Translations under genes and position numbers: made by a program
Assembly (NCBI GenBank): GCA_963762145.1
Contig: CAVXJS010000007.1
Location: 344,382 to 408,381, forward strand
Direction: 5' to 3'
Source: an uncultured Candidatus Rokubacteria bacterium
GTDB taxonomy: Bacteria; Methylomirabilota; Methylomirabilia; Rokubacteriales; CSP1-6
DNA length: 64,000 bases
Notes under the pieces: generated by a model
The model's database searches: none
The model's input: only the letters and a program-made list of their open reading frames with translations
What the model was told of the DNA's origin: nothing
Shown: positions 1 to 12,110 of the stretch, piece after piece
Position numbering within the stretch: position 1 is the stretch's first letter
How the letters are laid out: each line of letters starts with the position of its first letter

Positions 1-474
1 CACGAGCTGTCGTCCGGTGACCGGCAGGGTCACCAGCGCCACGTCGAGCTCGTTGGCCGCGACGGCGGCCGCGATCTCGGGCGCGTTCCCGGTCACCACG
101 ATGAGCTCGAGCTCGGGGTACCGCGCCCGCATCCGGCGCAGGAGCGGCGGCAGCAGGTGGATGCTCGCGGTCGCGCCGGTGCCGAGGCGCAGCCGGCCCG
201 CCACCACCCCGCGGAGCTGGCGGAGCGCCTCCTGCGCCGCCTCGAGCTCGGCGAAGGCGCGTCCGGCGTGCTCCAGCAGCACCGCGCCGGCCGGGGTGGG
301 GAAGGCGCGCTTGCCCACCCGCTCGAGCAGCGCGGTGCCGCAGCGGGCCTCGAGCTGGCGCATGTGCAGGCTCACCGCGGGCTGGCTCAGGCGCAGGCTC
401 TCCGCCGCGCGCGAGAAGCTTCCGTGGCGCGCGATCTCCCGGAGCGTCCGTACGTGGGCGGGATTGAGGTTCAT
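1..474 (-). CDS. LysR-family transcriptional regulator (3' end outside window)
   Basis: Manual reverse translation from ATG at 474: MNLNPAHVRTLREIARHGSFSRAAESLRLSQPAVSLHMRQLE...LLERVGKRAFPTPAG, a classic LysR HTH. Absent from the ORF track because it runs off the edge. Confidence 0.9.
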   Translation of the reverse strand, partial: MNLNPAHVRTLREIARHGSFSRAAESLRLSQPAVSLHMRQLEARCGTALLERVGKRAFPTPAGAVLLEHAGRAFAELEAAQEALRQLRGVVAGRLRLGTGATASIHLLPPLLRRMRARYPELELIVVTGNAPEIAAAVAANELDVALVTLPVTGRQLV

Positions 475-488
475 CCGGCCCGAAGTAT

Positions 489-509
489 TTCTCATCGTAT
501 GTATGAGAA
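489..509. promoter_or_regulatory. Inverted repeat in AT-rich divergent intergenic region; likely LysR operator
   Basis: TTCTCAT-N7-ATGAGAA between the divergent LysR and acetyltransferase genes. Confidence 0.5.
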
Positions 510-552
510 CAATCTATTTTCCTTATCGAGGCGCGCGGGGCAGACTGCGGAC

Positions 553-1062
553 ATGAGAGGCCCGCTCATGGGGGAGGTCTCGGTACGCCCCGCGACACCG
601 GACGACGCCGCGGCGATCTGCACGATCTACAACCAGGGCATCGAGGACCGCATCGCCACGCTCGAGACCGAGCTGCGCACCCCGGAGGAGCGCCGGCAGT
701 GGATGGCGGCGCGCGGCCCGCGTCATCCGGTGGTCGTCGCCACCGACGACGGCCCCGTCGTCGGGTGGGGGAGCCTCAACGCGTTCAACCCGCGGCCCGC
801 CTACGACAACGTGGTGGATCTCTCCGTCTACGTCGAGCGGGCCTGGCGCGGGCGTGGGGTGGGGAAGGCGCTGCTGCAGCACCTGCTGGGTCTGGCCCGC
901 CAGCTCGGGTATCACAAGATGGTGCTGGCCACCTTTCCCTACAACGACGCCGGCCTCGCGCTCTACCGGCGCATGGGCTTCAGCCCGGTCGGCGTGTACC
1001 ACGAGCAGGGAACGCTCGACGGCCGCTGGGTGGACGTCCTGATCATGGAGCAGCTCCTCTGA
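553..1062 (+). CDS. GNAT N-acetyltransferase, PAT/ArsN1/YncA-like
   Basis: IYNQGIEDRIATLE, LSVYVERAWRGRGVGKALL and GRWVDVLIME motifs; start at 553 or 568. Confidence 0.85.
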   Translation: MRGPLMGEVSVRPATPDDAAAICTIYNQGIEDRIATLETELRTPEERRQWMAARGPRHPVVVATDDGPVVGWGSLNAFNPRPAYDNVVDLSVYVERAWRGRGVGKALLQHLLGLARQLGYHKMVLATFPYNDAGLALYRRMGFSPVGVYHEQGTLDGRWVDVLIMEQLL

Positions 1063-1147
1063 CCGCCCGCGAGGTCAGAGATCCCGCCGCCGTTCCCGCC
1101 GTGTAAACCGCCGGGCTGATTGTCGGTTCGCGGTACGATAGGGCCCT

Positions 1148-3442
1148 ATGCTCGCGGGATGGGGCCGTCTCGTTCATCGCTTCCGGCTGGCGATCATCGC
1201 CCTGTCCCTGCTGAGTCTGATCCCGTCGCTCTGGCTGATCTTCCACGGCGGCCGTCTCGCCACCACCGACATCCCGACGACCACGGAGTCCGGCCGCGCG
1301 CTCGATCTGATCGGGCGCGAGCTGCCGGGCCGGCCGCCCTCGTTCAGCCTCATCTTCAGCAGCCCGACCCGCTCCGCGCGCGACGAGGCTTTCCGGCAGG
1401 AGGTCGAGCGGGCGGTGGCGCCGCTCCGCCGCGACGCGCGCGTCGCGCGGGTGCTGACCGCGTACGACCCGCCGGTCTACGACGCCTCGATGCCCGCCGC
1501 CCAGCTCGTGTCGCGCGACGGCCGTCGGGCGCTGGTGGTGGTCGAGCTCAAGGGCGAGGCGGCCGCGTTCTCCCTGCTCGAGTTCTCGGTGCTGCCCCCC
1601 GACGTGTATCCCTCGCTGTGGGCCCTGGTGAAGACCGAGACGCTCGAGGTGCTGCCGGTCGGGAACGTCCCGCTCAACCACGACTTCACCGAGGTGACGC
1701 GCACCGATCTCCGCCGGGCCGAGCTGGTGATCCTGCCGGTGGTGGTGGTGCTGCTCCTGCTCGTGTTCGGCTCGGTGGTGGCCGCGCTCCTGCCCCTCGC
1801 GGTGGGCGCGCTCTCGATGGCGGGGGCCATCGCGGCCACGCTGCTCATGGCCCGCTACACCTCGGTCTCGGTCTACGCGCCGAACATCGTGACCATGATC
1901 GGCCTCGGGGTGGCGATCGACTACTCGCTGTTCATCGTGAGCCGGTTCCGCCAGGAGATCCGCACGCGCCCCGCATCCGAGGCGCTCGAGCGCACGATGG
2001 CCACCGCCGGGCGGGCCATTCTTTTCTCCGGGCTCACCGTCGCCATCGGGCTGCTCGGGATGGTCTTCCTCGGGCTCGGCAACGTGGGCTCGATCGGCTG
2101 GGCCGGAACCGTGGTCGTCTCGCTGGCGGTGCTCTACGCGCTCACGCTCCTGCCCGCGCTGCTGGCGGTGCTCGGGCCGCGGGTCAACGCGCTCCGGCTG
2201 CCGTTCATTCACCCCGAGCGGCGCCTCACCGGACGCGGGATCTGGCACCGGATCGCGGTCACCGTGATGGCCTACCCGTGGACCGTGTTCATCTCGGTCT
2301 CGGCCCTCCTGTTGTTCCTCGGGCTGCCGTTCCTGCACCTGAAGGTGGGCTCCGGCGACGTCACCGCGCTACCGCCCGAGGCGGTCTCGCGGCGCGGCGA
2401 CGAGGCGCTGCGCGAGCACTTCCCGGGCGCCGACAGCAACCGGATCCTGGTGGTGGTGCGCTACCCGGACGGCACGCCGCTCACCGCAGAGCGCGTGGGC
2501 GGACTCTACGATCTCAGCCGCTGGCTCGCCGCGCGGCCCAACGTGGCGCGCGTGGAGAGCCTGGTGGATCTCGATCCAAGCGTGACGCGCGAGCAGTACC
2601 AGCAGCTCGCCACCGCGCCCGCCGAGATGCGTCCGCCCGGCGTGGCCCAGGTACTGCGGCAGACCGTGGGCGGCCGCCTGGCCCTGCTGGTGGTCTCGAC
2701 CGCGCTCAAGCCCTCGAGCTCGGAGGCGCGCGCCCTGGTCGGGGAGATCCGCGCGTCCCATCCGCGGATCGAGGGCGAGGTGCTCGTGACCGGCCAGACC
2801 GCCTTCGATCTCGACATCATCGACCTGGTCACGCGCCACGCCCCGGTGACGGTCGGCCTCGTCATGGTCGCGACCTATGTCGTGCTCTTCCTGCTGCTGG
2901 GCTCGGTGCTGCTGCCGCTCAAGGCGGTGATCATGAACCTTCTGTCCATCAGCGCCTCCTACGGCGCGCTGGTGTGGATCTTCCAGGACGGCCATCTCGC
3001 CCGCTGGCTGCACTTCACCCCCGGCCCGATCCAGACCGCCACCCCGCTCATCATGTTCTGCTTCGTGTTCGGGCTCTCGATGGACTACGAGGTCCTCCTG
3101 CTGAGCCGGGTGAAGGAGGAGTACGAGCGCACCGGCGACACCACGCACGCGGTGGCCGAGGCGCTCGAATCCACCGGTCGGCTCATCACCGGCGCGGCCG
3201 CCATCATGGCCGCGGTGTTCTTCGGCTTCGCGACCGCGCGCTCGGTGATCATCCAGGCGGTGGGCATCGGCATCGGGGTCGCGGTCGTGATCGATGCCAC
3301 CATCGTGCGGGCTCTGCTGGTGCCCGCGACCATGCGGCTCATGGGGCGGTGGAACTGGTGGGCGCCCGCCCCGCTGGTCTCGTTGCACCGCCGTCTGGGC
3401 CTGGCCGAGCGCAGCGCCGATGCGGAAGCCGTCCCAAGATAG
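1148..3442 (+). CDS. MMPL-family (RND) transporter
   Basis: 764 aa with two TM repeats; GLGVAIDYSLFIVSRFRQE and FGLSMDYEVLLLSRVKEE motifs. Confidence 0.92.
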   Translation: MLAGWGRLVHRFRLAIIALSLLSLIPSLWLIFHGGRLATTDIPTTTESGRALDLIGRELPGRPPSFSLIFSSPTRSARDEAFRQEVERAVAPLRRDARVARVLTAYDPPVYDASMPAAQLVSRDGRRALVVVELKGEAAAFSLLEFSVLPPDVYPSLWALVKTETLEVLPVGNVPLNHDFTEVTRTDLRRAELVILPVVVVLLLLVFGSVVAALLPLAVGALSMAGAIAATLLMARYTSVSVYAPNIVTMIGLGVAIDYSLFIVSRFRQEIRTRPASEALERTMATAGRAILFSGLTVAIGLLGMVFLGLGNVGSIGWAGTVVVSLAVLYALTLLPALLAVLGPRVNALRLPFIHPERRLTGRGIWHRIAVTVMAYPWTVFISVSALLLFLGLPFLHLKVGSGDVTALPPEAVSRRGDEALREHFPGADSNRILVVVRYPDGTPLTAERVGGLYDLSRWLAARPNVARVESLVDLDPSVTREQYQQLATAPAEMRPPGVAQVLRQTVGGRLALLVVSTALKPSSSEARALVGEIRASHPRIEGEVLVTGQTAFDLDIIDLVTRHAPVTVGLVMVATYVVLFLLLGSVLLPLKAVIMNLLSISASYGALVWIFQDGHLARWLHFTPGPIQTATPLIMFCFVFGLSMDYEVLLLSRVKEEYERTGDTTHAVAEALESTGRLITGAAAIMAAVFFGFATARSVIIQAVGIGIGVAVVIDATIVRALLVPATMRLMGRWNWWAPAPLVSLHRRLGLAERSADAEAVPR

Positions 3443-4463
3443 TCCGCCGCCCCCGCTGATCCGCTACCACCCCGACCGGCCCGTCACCACGGAGTACCGC
3501 GTCGGGCTCTGCGCGTGGCAGGACAAGAGCATGGTGGCGGAGGGCTCGTTCTACCCGATCAAGAGCATGCGGGCGGAGGAGCGGCTCTGGTGGTACAGCC
3601 GCTTCTTCGACGCCGTCGAGGTCAACTCCACGTTCTACGCGCCGCTGTCCGCCCAGAACGCGGTGCTCTGGGCGAAGCGCACGCCGCCCGGCTTCCTCTT
3701 CAGCGTGAAGGCCTATGCCCTGCTCACCGGGCATCACCTGGACGCGGCCCGGCTGCCGCCGGAGCTCGCCGCCCTGCTGCCCGCTTCCGCCCGGCCCAAC
3801 GAGCGGGGCCAGTTCGAGAACGACGTCTTCGGCGAGGACGCGCTCGCGTGGACCTTCGCCGCGTTCCGCGAGGGCCTGCAGCCGCTGGCCGACGCGGGCA
3901 AGCTCGGCTACGTGCTCTTCCAGATGGCCCCGTGGGTGAAGTACGGGGATCGCGCGCTCGCGTATCTCGCCGAGCTCCCCGCCCGCCTGCCCGGGACCAC
4001 GATCGCGGTGGAGTTCCGGGACGCCTCCTGGCTGCCGCGGCACACCGAGGACACGCTCGCGATGCTGCACGCGCACGGGCTGGCCTACGTCTCGGTGGAC
4101 GCGCCGCGGACGCCCGCCTCGGTGGACACCACGGTCGGGCTCACCGCGCCCACCGCAGTCATCCGGCTGCACGGGCGCAACCGGGAGGGCTTCATGAAGC
4201 AGCTCCAGGGTCAGGCCCCCAGCGTGGCCGAGAAGTACGGGTACCTGTACGATCGCGCGGAGCTGGCCGGGATCGTGGCCCGCGGGCGCGCCCTGGAGGG
4301 GCAGGCCCGGCGCGTCTTCTTCAAGCTCAACAACAATGTCGGGGACGCGCCCGCCATCAACGGGGAGGACATCAAGGAGCTGCTGGGCCTCGAGACCGCG
4401 GACCGCGCGGCCGTCGAGCGGGAGTGGCGGAGCCGCCGCCGCGGCGCCCCGAGCCGCCCCTGA
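3420..4463 (+). CDS. DUF72 (YecE-like) protein; start uncertain
   Basis: YSRFFDAVEVNSTFY, FLFSVKA, AVEFRDASW and IRLHGRN motifs. Confidence 0.85.
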   Translation: MRKPSQDSPPPPLIRYHPDRPVTTEYRVGLCAWQDKSMVAEGSFYPIKSMRAEERLWWYSRFFDAVEVNSTFYAPLSAQNAVLWAKRTPPGFLFSVKAYALLTGHHLDAARLPPELAALLPASARPNERGQFENDVFGEDALAWTFAAFREGLQPLADAGKLGYVLFQMAPWVKYGDRALAYLAELPARLPGTTIAVEFRDASWLPRHTEDTLAMLHAHGLAYVSVDAPRTPASVDTTVGLTAPTAVIRLHGRNREGFMKQLQGQAPSVAEKYGYLYDRAELAGIVARGRALEGQARRVFFKLNNNVGDAPAINGEDIKELLGLETADRAAVEREWRSRRRGAPSRP

Positions 4464-4520
4464 AGGCCCGGAATCCACGTGATAGAATGACGCATCCAAA
4501 CGGGGCGGGAGGGCAGGCGC

Positions 4521-4913
4521 GTGCCGATTTACGAGTACGAGTGCCAGGGATGTCAGCGGCGGGTCAGCCTACTGATCCGCACCCTGTCCGCGGCCGAGGC
4601 GCCGCGATGTCCCCGTTGCGGCAGCGTCGCGCTGTCCCGCCTGATGTCCCGCTTCGCCACCGTCAAGTCTGAAGACGCCCGTCTCGACTCCCTCTCCGAC
4701 CCTTCCAGCTTCGGCGACCTCGACGAGAACGATCCCCAGAGCGTGGCCCGATTCGTCAAGAAGATGGGTCACGAGATGGGGGAGGATCTCGGCGAGGATC
4801 TCGACGCGGCGATGGACGAGGCGATGGGCGAGGGCGGCGGGCCCGGGGATGACGATGGCGCGCTCATGGACCCGGGCGGCGGCGGGGACGACGCGGGGGA
4901 GCTGCCGGCGTGA
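4521..4913 (+). CDS. FmdB-family zinc-ribbon protein
   Basis: MPIYEYECQGC...CPRCGS, followed by an acidic tail. Confidence 0.88.
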   Translation: MPIYEYECQGCQRRVSLLIRTLSAAEAPRCPRCGSVALSRLMSRFATVKSEDARLDSLSDPSSFGDLDENDPQSVARFVKKMGHEMGEDLGEDLDAAMDEAMGEGGGPGDDDGALMDPGGGGDDAGELPA

Positions 4914-5905
4914 AGGTCGACGCGCTGCCGGGCTTCGCGGCCCTGGACGAGGGCCGCTGGAATGCCCTGCTCGACCGCTCGCGCCTGCCCGCGCTGTTTC
5001 TCACCTGGCAGTGGCAGACCGAGTGGAGCCGCGCCTTCGCGGCGGACCATCCCCAGCAGATCCTGACCGCGACGGATCCCGACGGCAGCCTGGTCGGAGT
5101 GCTGCCGCTCTACGAGGACGGGCCGGGACGGCAGCGGATCATCGGCGGGGTGGACGTCTCCGACTACCTCGACCTGATCGCGGTGGCGGGACGGGAAGAG
5201 GAGGTGTGGCAGGCGCTGCTGCAGCACCGCGCCGGCCAGCCCGGGGAGTGGGACCTGCACGGCATCCGCGCCGCGTCGGCCACCGCCACCGTCCTGCCCG
5301 CGCTGGCGCCGGCCCTCGGGCTGCAGGCCACGGTGGAGCGGCAGGACCGCTGTCCGGTGCTGGCGCTGCCCAAGACCTGGGACGAGTACCTGGGCAAGCT
5401 CTCCGGCAAGGACCGGCACGAGCTCCGCCGGAAGATGCGCCGCCTCGAGCGGGAGCTGCCCGGGGCGACGGTGCGCTCGCACGGGGACGCGGCGGGCTGG
5501 GACGAGGCCATGACGCGCTTCCTCACGCTCCACCGCCTCTCCAAGGTCGGCAAGGCGCGCTTCATGGACGAGCGCATGGAGCGCTTCTTCCGCGCCGCCA
5601 CCGCGGTCCTGGCCGCCGAGGGATGGGCGCGGCTCTGGTTCCTCGAGTACGAGGGCGCGGCGGTGGCCGCGTTCATCTGCCTCGAGTACGCGGGGAGCGT
5701 CGGCCTCTACAACTCGGGCTTCGATCCGGCGCGCGCCCAGCTCGCTCCCGGCATCGTCCTCCTCGCCCACCTCATCCAGGACGCCATCGACCGCGGCATT
5801 CCCACCTTCGACTTCCTGCGCGGCGAGGAACCGTACAAGTACGGCTTCGGCCCCGCGCCGCAGGACGTCTTCAATGTTCGGATCGCGGGGCGGGTCGGCG
5901 CGTGA
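4910..5905 (+). CDS. GNAT-fold protein, CelD/BcsL-like
   Basis: SDYLDL, WDEYLGKLSGKDRHELRRK, YNSGFDP...APG and FDFLRGEEPYKY motifs; GTGA overlap with upstream gene. Confidence 0.85.
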   Translation: MKVDALPGFAALDEGRWNALLDRSRLPALFLTWQWQTEWSRAFAADHPQQILTATDPDGSLVGVLPLYEDGPGRQRIIGGVDVSDYLDLIAVAGREEEVWQALLQHRAGQPGEWDLHGIRAASATATVLPALAPALGLQATVERQDRCPVLALPKTWDEYLGKLSGKDRHELRRKMRRLERELPGATVRSHGDAAGWDEAMTRFLTLHRLSKVGKARFMDERMERFFRAATAVLAAEGWARLWFLEYEGAAVAAFICLEYAGSVGLYNSGFDPARAQLAPGIVLLAHLIQDAIDRGIPTFDFLRGEEPYKYGFGPAPQDVFNVRIAGRVGA

Positions 5906-7148
5906 ACCTCTCGGTCGCGATCCTCTCGGTCCACACGTGCCCGCTCGCGGCCCTGGGCGGCAAGCAGACCGGCGGCATGAACGTCTACGTGCGGCAGACC
6001 GCGCGCGAGCTGGGTCTCATGGGCGTGCGGGTGGACGTGTTCACGCGCTCGCAGAACGCCACGATTCCCCGGATCGTCGAGCTCGGGCCGGGCGCCCGCG
6101 TGATCCATCTGCCCGCGGGGCCGGAGGCGCCGATGCCGCGCGAGGCGCTCCACGCCCATCTCGACGAGTTCGCGGCGGGGGCGGAGGCCTTCGCGCGGGA
6201 GCAGGGGCTCCGCTACGATCTCATCCACTCGCACTACTGGCTGTCCGGCGTGGCGGGCCTGCGGCTGCGCGACCGCTGGGGCGCGCCCCTCGTGCACATG
6301 TTCCACACCCTGGGCCGCCTCAAGAACGAGGTCGCGGAGACGCCGGGCGAGCTCGAGCCCGCGCTCCGGATCGACGAGGAGACCCGGATCGTCGCGCAGG
6401 CCGATCGCATCGTGGCCGCCAACGTGGTGGAGCGGGCGCACCTGGTCTGGTACTACGGCGCGCGCAGCGAGCGGGTCGCGGTGATCCCGTGCGGGGTGGA
6501 CACCGAGCTCTTCCAGCCGATGGATCCCGCCAAGGCCCGCGATCTTCTCGAGCTGCCCCCGGATCCGCTGCTGCTCTACGTGGGACGCCTCACGCCCATC
6601 AAGGGCCTCGACACGCTGCTGGAGGCCATGGTCGCGATTCCCGAGCCCGCCGACCTGCTGGTCGTCGGCGGCGAGCACGACGAGCCCGACGGGGGACACG
6701 GCGCCGCGCTGCGGGCGCAGGTGAAGGCCCTCGGGCTGGAGCGGCGCGTCCGCTTCCTGCGCGCGCAGCCCCAGCGGCGGCTCCGCCTGTTCTACGCCGC
6801 CGCCGACGTCACCGTGATGCCGTCGCACTACGAGTCCTTCGGCATGGTGGCGCTCGAGGCCATGGCCTGCGGCAGCCCGGTGGTGGCCTCGCGCGTCGGC
6901 GGCCTGACCACCACGGTGCAGGACGGGGTGACCGGCCGTCTCGTTCCGGAGGGCGATCCGGCCGCGCTGGCCGCCGCCATCACGCCCTTGCTCGGGAGCG
7001 CGGAGGGCCGCCGGCTCGGCCAGCAGGCCACGCGCTGGGCCGCCGAGCACCGCTGGCCATGCGTGGCGGAGTCGGTCTGCCGCCTCTACTCCGAGCTGCG
7101 TCCCGCCGCGCGCGCGCATCTCCCTCACGCCCCCTGCAGGAGCTGGCT

Positions 7149-7152
<4 letters not shown>
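5902..7152 (+). CDS. GT4 glycosyltransferase, MshA-like
   Basis: SVHTCPLAALGGKQTGGMNVYV, HSHYWLSG, HMFHTL and PSHYESFGMVALEAMACG motifs; GTG start overlaps upstream stop. Confidence 0.88.
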
Positions 7153-8391
<1,239 letters not shown>

Positions 8392-8440
8392 GCCGGTCAT
8401 GAGCCGCACGCGGGCGACGCGCGCGGCGGCTCTCGTCGCG

Positions 8441-10894
8441 ATGCGTGACCCACGCGCGCGCGGTCATCATCGGCGGCGGCATCATCGGCTGCAGCGTCGC
8501 CTATCACCTGACCCAGCTCGGCTGGCGCGACGTGGTCCTGCTGGAGCAGGGAAGCCTCTACGGCGGGACCACGTGGCACGCCGCGGGACTGTCGGCCAGC
8601 TCCGCTCCTCCGCCAACCTCACGCGGCTGATCCGCTACAGCGCGGAGCTCTACAGCCGCCTGGAGGCGGAGACCGGCCAGGCCACGGGCTGGAAGCGCTG
8701 CGGCAGCGTGAGCGTGGCCCGCACCGCCGAGCGCATGATCCAGCTCAAGCGCAACGCCGCGCATGGCCAACGCCTACGGCGTGGAGGCCGCACGTGATCG
8801 GGCTGCGACGAGGCGGCGGCCCGCTACCCGCCGATGCGCATCGACGATCTCGTCGGCGCGGTGTGGATCCCGGGCGACGGCAAGGCCAACCCGGCCGACA
8901 TGACCCAGGCCCTGGCGCGCGGGGCCCGCGCGGGCGGGGCCCGGCTGCCGGAGGGCGTCAAGGTCACCGGGGTCAACGTCGCGAACGGGCGCGGTCACCG
9001 GGGTCGAGACCTCGGCGGGCCCCATCGCGACCGAGATCCTGGTCAACTGCGCGGGCATGTGGGCGCGCGAGCTCGGGCGGCATGAGCGGCGTGCACGATC
9101 CCGCTGCACGCCTGCGAGCACATGTACATCGTGACCCAGCCCATCGCCGGGCGTCGGCGCCGGACCTGCCGGTGATGCGCGACCCGGACGGCCACATCTA
9201 CTTCAAGGAGGAGGTGGGCGGCCTCCTCATGGGCGGGTTCGATCCGTGGGCCAAGCCGTGGGGCGCCGAGGGGATCCCGGACGGCTTCAGCTTCGCGACG
9301 CTGCAGGAAGACTGGGAGAAGTTCGACATCCTGATGCGCAACGCGCTGGTGCGGCTGCCCGCGCTCGAGACCGCGGAGGTGCGCACTCCTCATGAACGGG
9401 CCCGAGTGCTTCACCCCCGACAACTACTTCATCCTCGGCGAGGCGCCCGAGGTGCGGCGCTACTACGTGGGCGCGGGCTTCTGCTCGGGCGGCATCGCCG
9501 CCGCGGGCGGGGCGGGGAAGGCGCTCGCGGAGTGGATCGTCGAGGACCGCGCGCCGATGGATCTCTGGCCGGCCGACATCCGCCGCTTCGCGCCGTTCCA
9601 CGGCGACCCGCGCTTCCTGCGCGAGCGGGTCAGCGAGATCGTCGGCGTGCACTACTTCATCGCGTTCCCGAACCGCGAGCTCACCAGCGGGCGCGGGCTG
9701 CGCCGCTCGCCGCTGCACGAGCGGCTGCGGGCGCGCCGCGCCTGCTTCGGGGCCAAGATGGGCTGGGAGCGCGCCAACTGGTTCGCGCCGCCGAGGGCGT
9801 CGAGCCGGAGGCGGAGTACTCCTTCGGCCGCCAGAACTGGTTCCCGTACGCGGCGCGCCGAGCACCGGGCGGCCCGCGAGGCGGTGGCGGTGTTCGACCA
9901 GACCTCGTTCGCCAAGCTCCTGCTCGAGGGCGCCGGACGCGGAGGCGGTCCTGCAGCGCCTCTGCGCCAACGACGTGGCGGTGCCGCCGGGCCGGCGTGG
10001 TCTACACCGCGATGCTCAACGAGCGCGGCGGCTTCGAGAGCGACCTGACCGTGACGCGGCTCGCCGCCGAGCGCCTACCTGCATCGTGACCGGCTCCGCG
10101 CAGGGCACGCGCGATCTCGACTGGATCCGGCGCCACCTGCCCGCGGGCGCGCGCGCCACGCTCACCGACGTGACCGGCGCCTCCGCGGTGCTCGGCCTCA
10201 TGGGCCCCCGCTCGCGCGAGCTGCTCGCGCGCGCTGACCGACGCCGATCTCGGCGCGGACGCGTTCCCGTTCCTGACCTCTCGCGAGATCGCGGTCGGCC
10301 AGGCGCCCGTGCGCGCCTCCCGGGTCACCTACGTCGGCGAGCTCGGCTGGGAGCTCTACGTGCCGGTGGAGTTCAGGCCGGCCTCGTGTACGATGCGCTG
10401 CGCGGAGGCGGGCCGGGACCTGGGGCTGCCGACGCCGGCTACTACGCGATCGACTCCCTCCGCATGGAGAAGGCGTACCGCGCGTGGGGCCGGGAAGCTC
10501 ACCATCGAGGACACGCCGTGGGAAGCGGGCCTCGGCTTCGCGGTGCGGCTCGACAAGCCCGTGCCGTTCCTCGGGCGGGAGGCGCTGCTCGAGCAGCGGG
10601 GACGGCCGCTGACCAAGCGACTGCTGACCTTCGTGCTGGAGGACGCGGGCGCGCTGCCGTGGGGCGACGAGCCGATCCTGCGCGACGGGCGCGTGGTCGG
10701 GACGGTGACCTCGGCGGCCTTCGGCCACACGCTGGGCCGCGCGGTGGCCATGGGGTACGTCCGCGACCAGGACGGCGTCGATGACGCCTACCTGGCGGCG
10801 GCCGCTTCGAGCTGGACATCGGGGGCGACCGGATCCCGGCGCGGGCGGGCTGGCCGCGCCCTACGATCCCCGCGCCCTGCGCGTGAAGAGCTGA
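8441..10894 (+). CDS. GcvT-family FAD-dependent oxidoreductase, dimethylglycine/sarcosine dehydrogenase-like (indels)
   Basis: [71 protein letters not shown] and C-terminal YDP motifs across frames. Confidence 0.88.
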
Positions 10895-10911
10895 GACGAG
10901 AGGACGAGACC

Positions 10912-12043
10912 ATGGACGCGATCCCACGACGAGCCGTTCCTCCTGACCCCGGGTCCGCTCACCACCACGCGGGCCACCAAGGAGGCGATGCTGCGCGACT
11001 GGGGCTCGCGCGACGGGGAGTTCATCGCGATGAACGCGCGGGTGCGCCGACGGCTCACCGAGCTGGTCCATGGGGATGGCAGCCATGTGTGTGTCCCGCT
11101 GCAGGGCAGCGGGACATTCATCGTCGAGGCGATGATCGGCACGCTGGTGCCGCCGGGGGGCAAGCTGCTGGTGCTGGTCAACGGCGCCTACGGGCGACGC
11201 ATGGTCCGCATGTGCGAGTACTACCGCCGGGCCTGCGTGGTCCAGGAGACGGGGGAGGATCAGCCCGCCGATCCGACTGCCCTCGACGCGGCGCTGGCGC
11301 GCGATCCGGCCGTGACCCACGTGGTGGTGGTGCACTGCGAGACCACCTCGGGCGTGCTGAACCCGGTCGAGGAGATCGCGGCGGTGACCGCGCGACACGA
11401 TCGGCGCCTGCTGATCGACGCGATGAGCGCCTTCGGCGCCATTCCGCTCGACGCCCGGCGCGTACCCTTCGACGCTGTGGTGGCCTCCTCCAACAAGTGT
11501 CTCGAAGGTGTCCCGGGGGTGGGCTTCGCGATCGTCCGGCGCGAGGCGCTCGAGGAAGCCCGCGGCCAGGCGCCCTCGCTGAGCCTCGACCTGCACGATC
11601 AGTGGGCGGCCATGGAGAAGAACGGGCAGTGGCGCTTCACCCCGCCCACCCACGTCCTCGCGGCGCTCGACCGCGCGCTGGACCAGCACGCGGCCGAGGG
11701 CGGAGTGGCCGGGCGGGGCGCCCGCTATCGCCGCAACTGCACGCAGCTGGTGGATGGCCTGCGCGGCATGGGCTTCGAGACGCTCCTGCCCGACCGGCTG
11801 CAGGCGCCCATCATCGTCACGGTGCGCATGCCCGCCGACCCGAAGTTCCACTTCGAGACCTTCTATGACCGGCTGGCCCGGCGCGGCTTCGTGATCTACC
11901 CGGGCAAGCTCACGGTGGCCGACAGCTTCCGCGTCGGCTGCATCGGCGCGCTCGGGGAGCCCGAGATGCGCGGGGCGCTGCAGGCCATTCGCGAGGTCGT
12001 CGCCGAGCTCGGTGTCACCTCCTGCGCGCCGGCAGCCGGGTGA
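10912..12043 (+). CDS. phnW: 2-aminoethylphosphonate-pyruvate transaminase (one indel near start)
   Basis: LLTPGPLTT, MLRDWGSRD, HCETTSG, DAMSAFG, SSNKCLEGVPG, QWRFTPPTH and IYPGKLT motifs. Confidence 0.93.
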
Positions 12044-12110
12044 GGCGCAGCCGACCCTCCGGAAGAACCTTCCTATTGACTCGCCACAGCGGCGAGCACT
12101 AAGTAGACCC

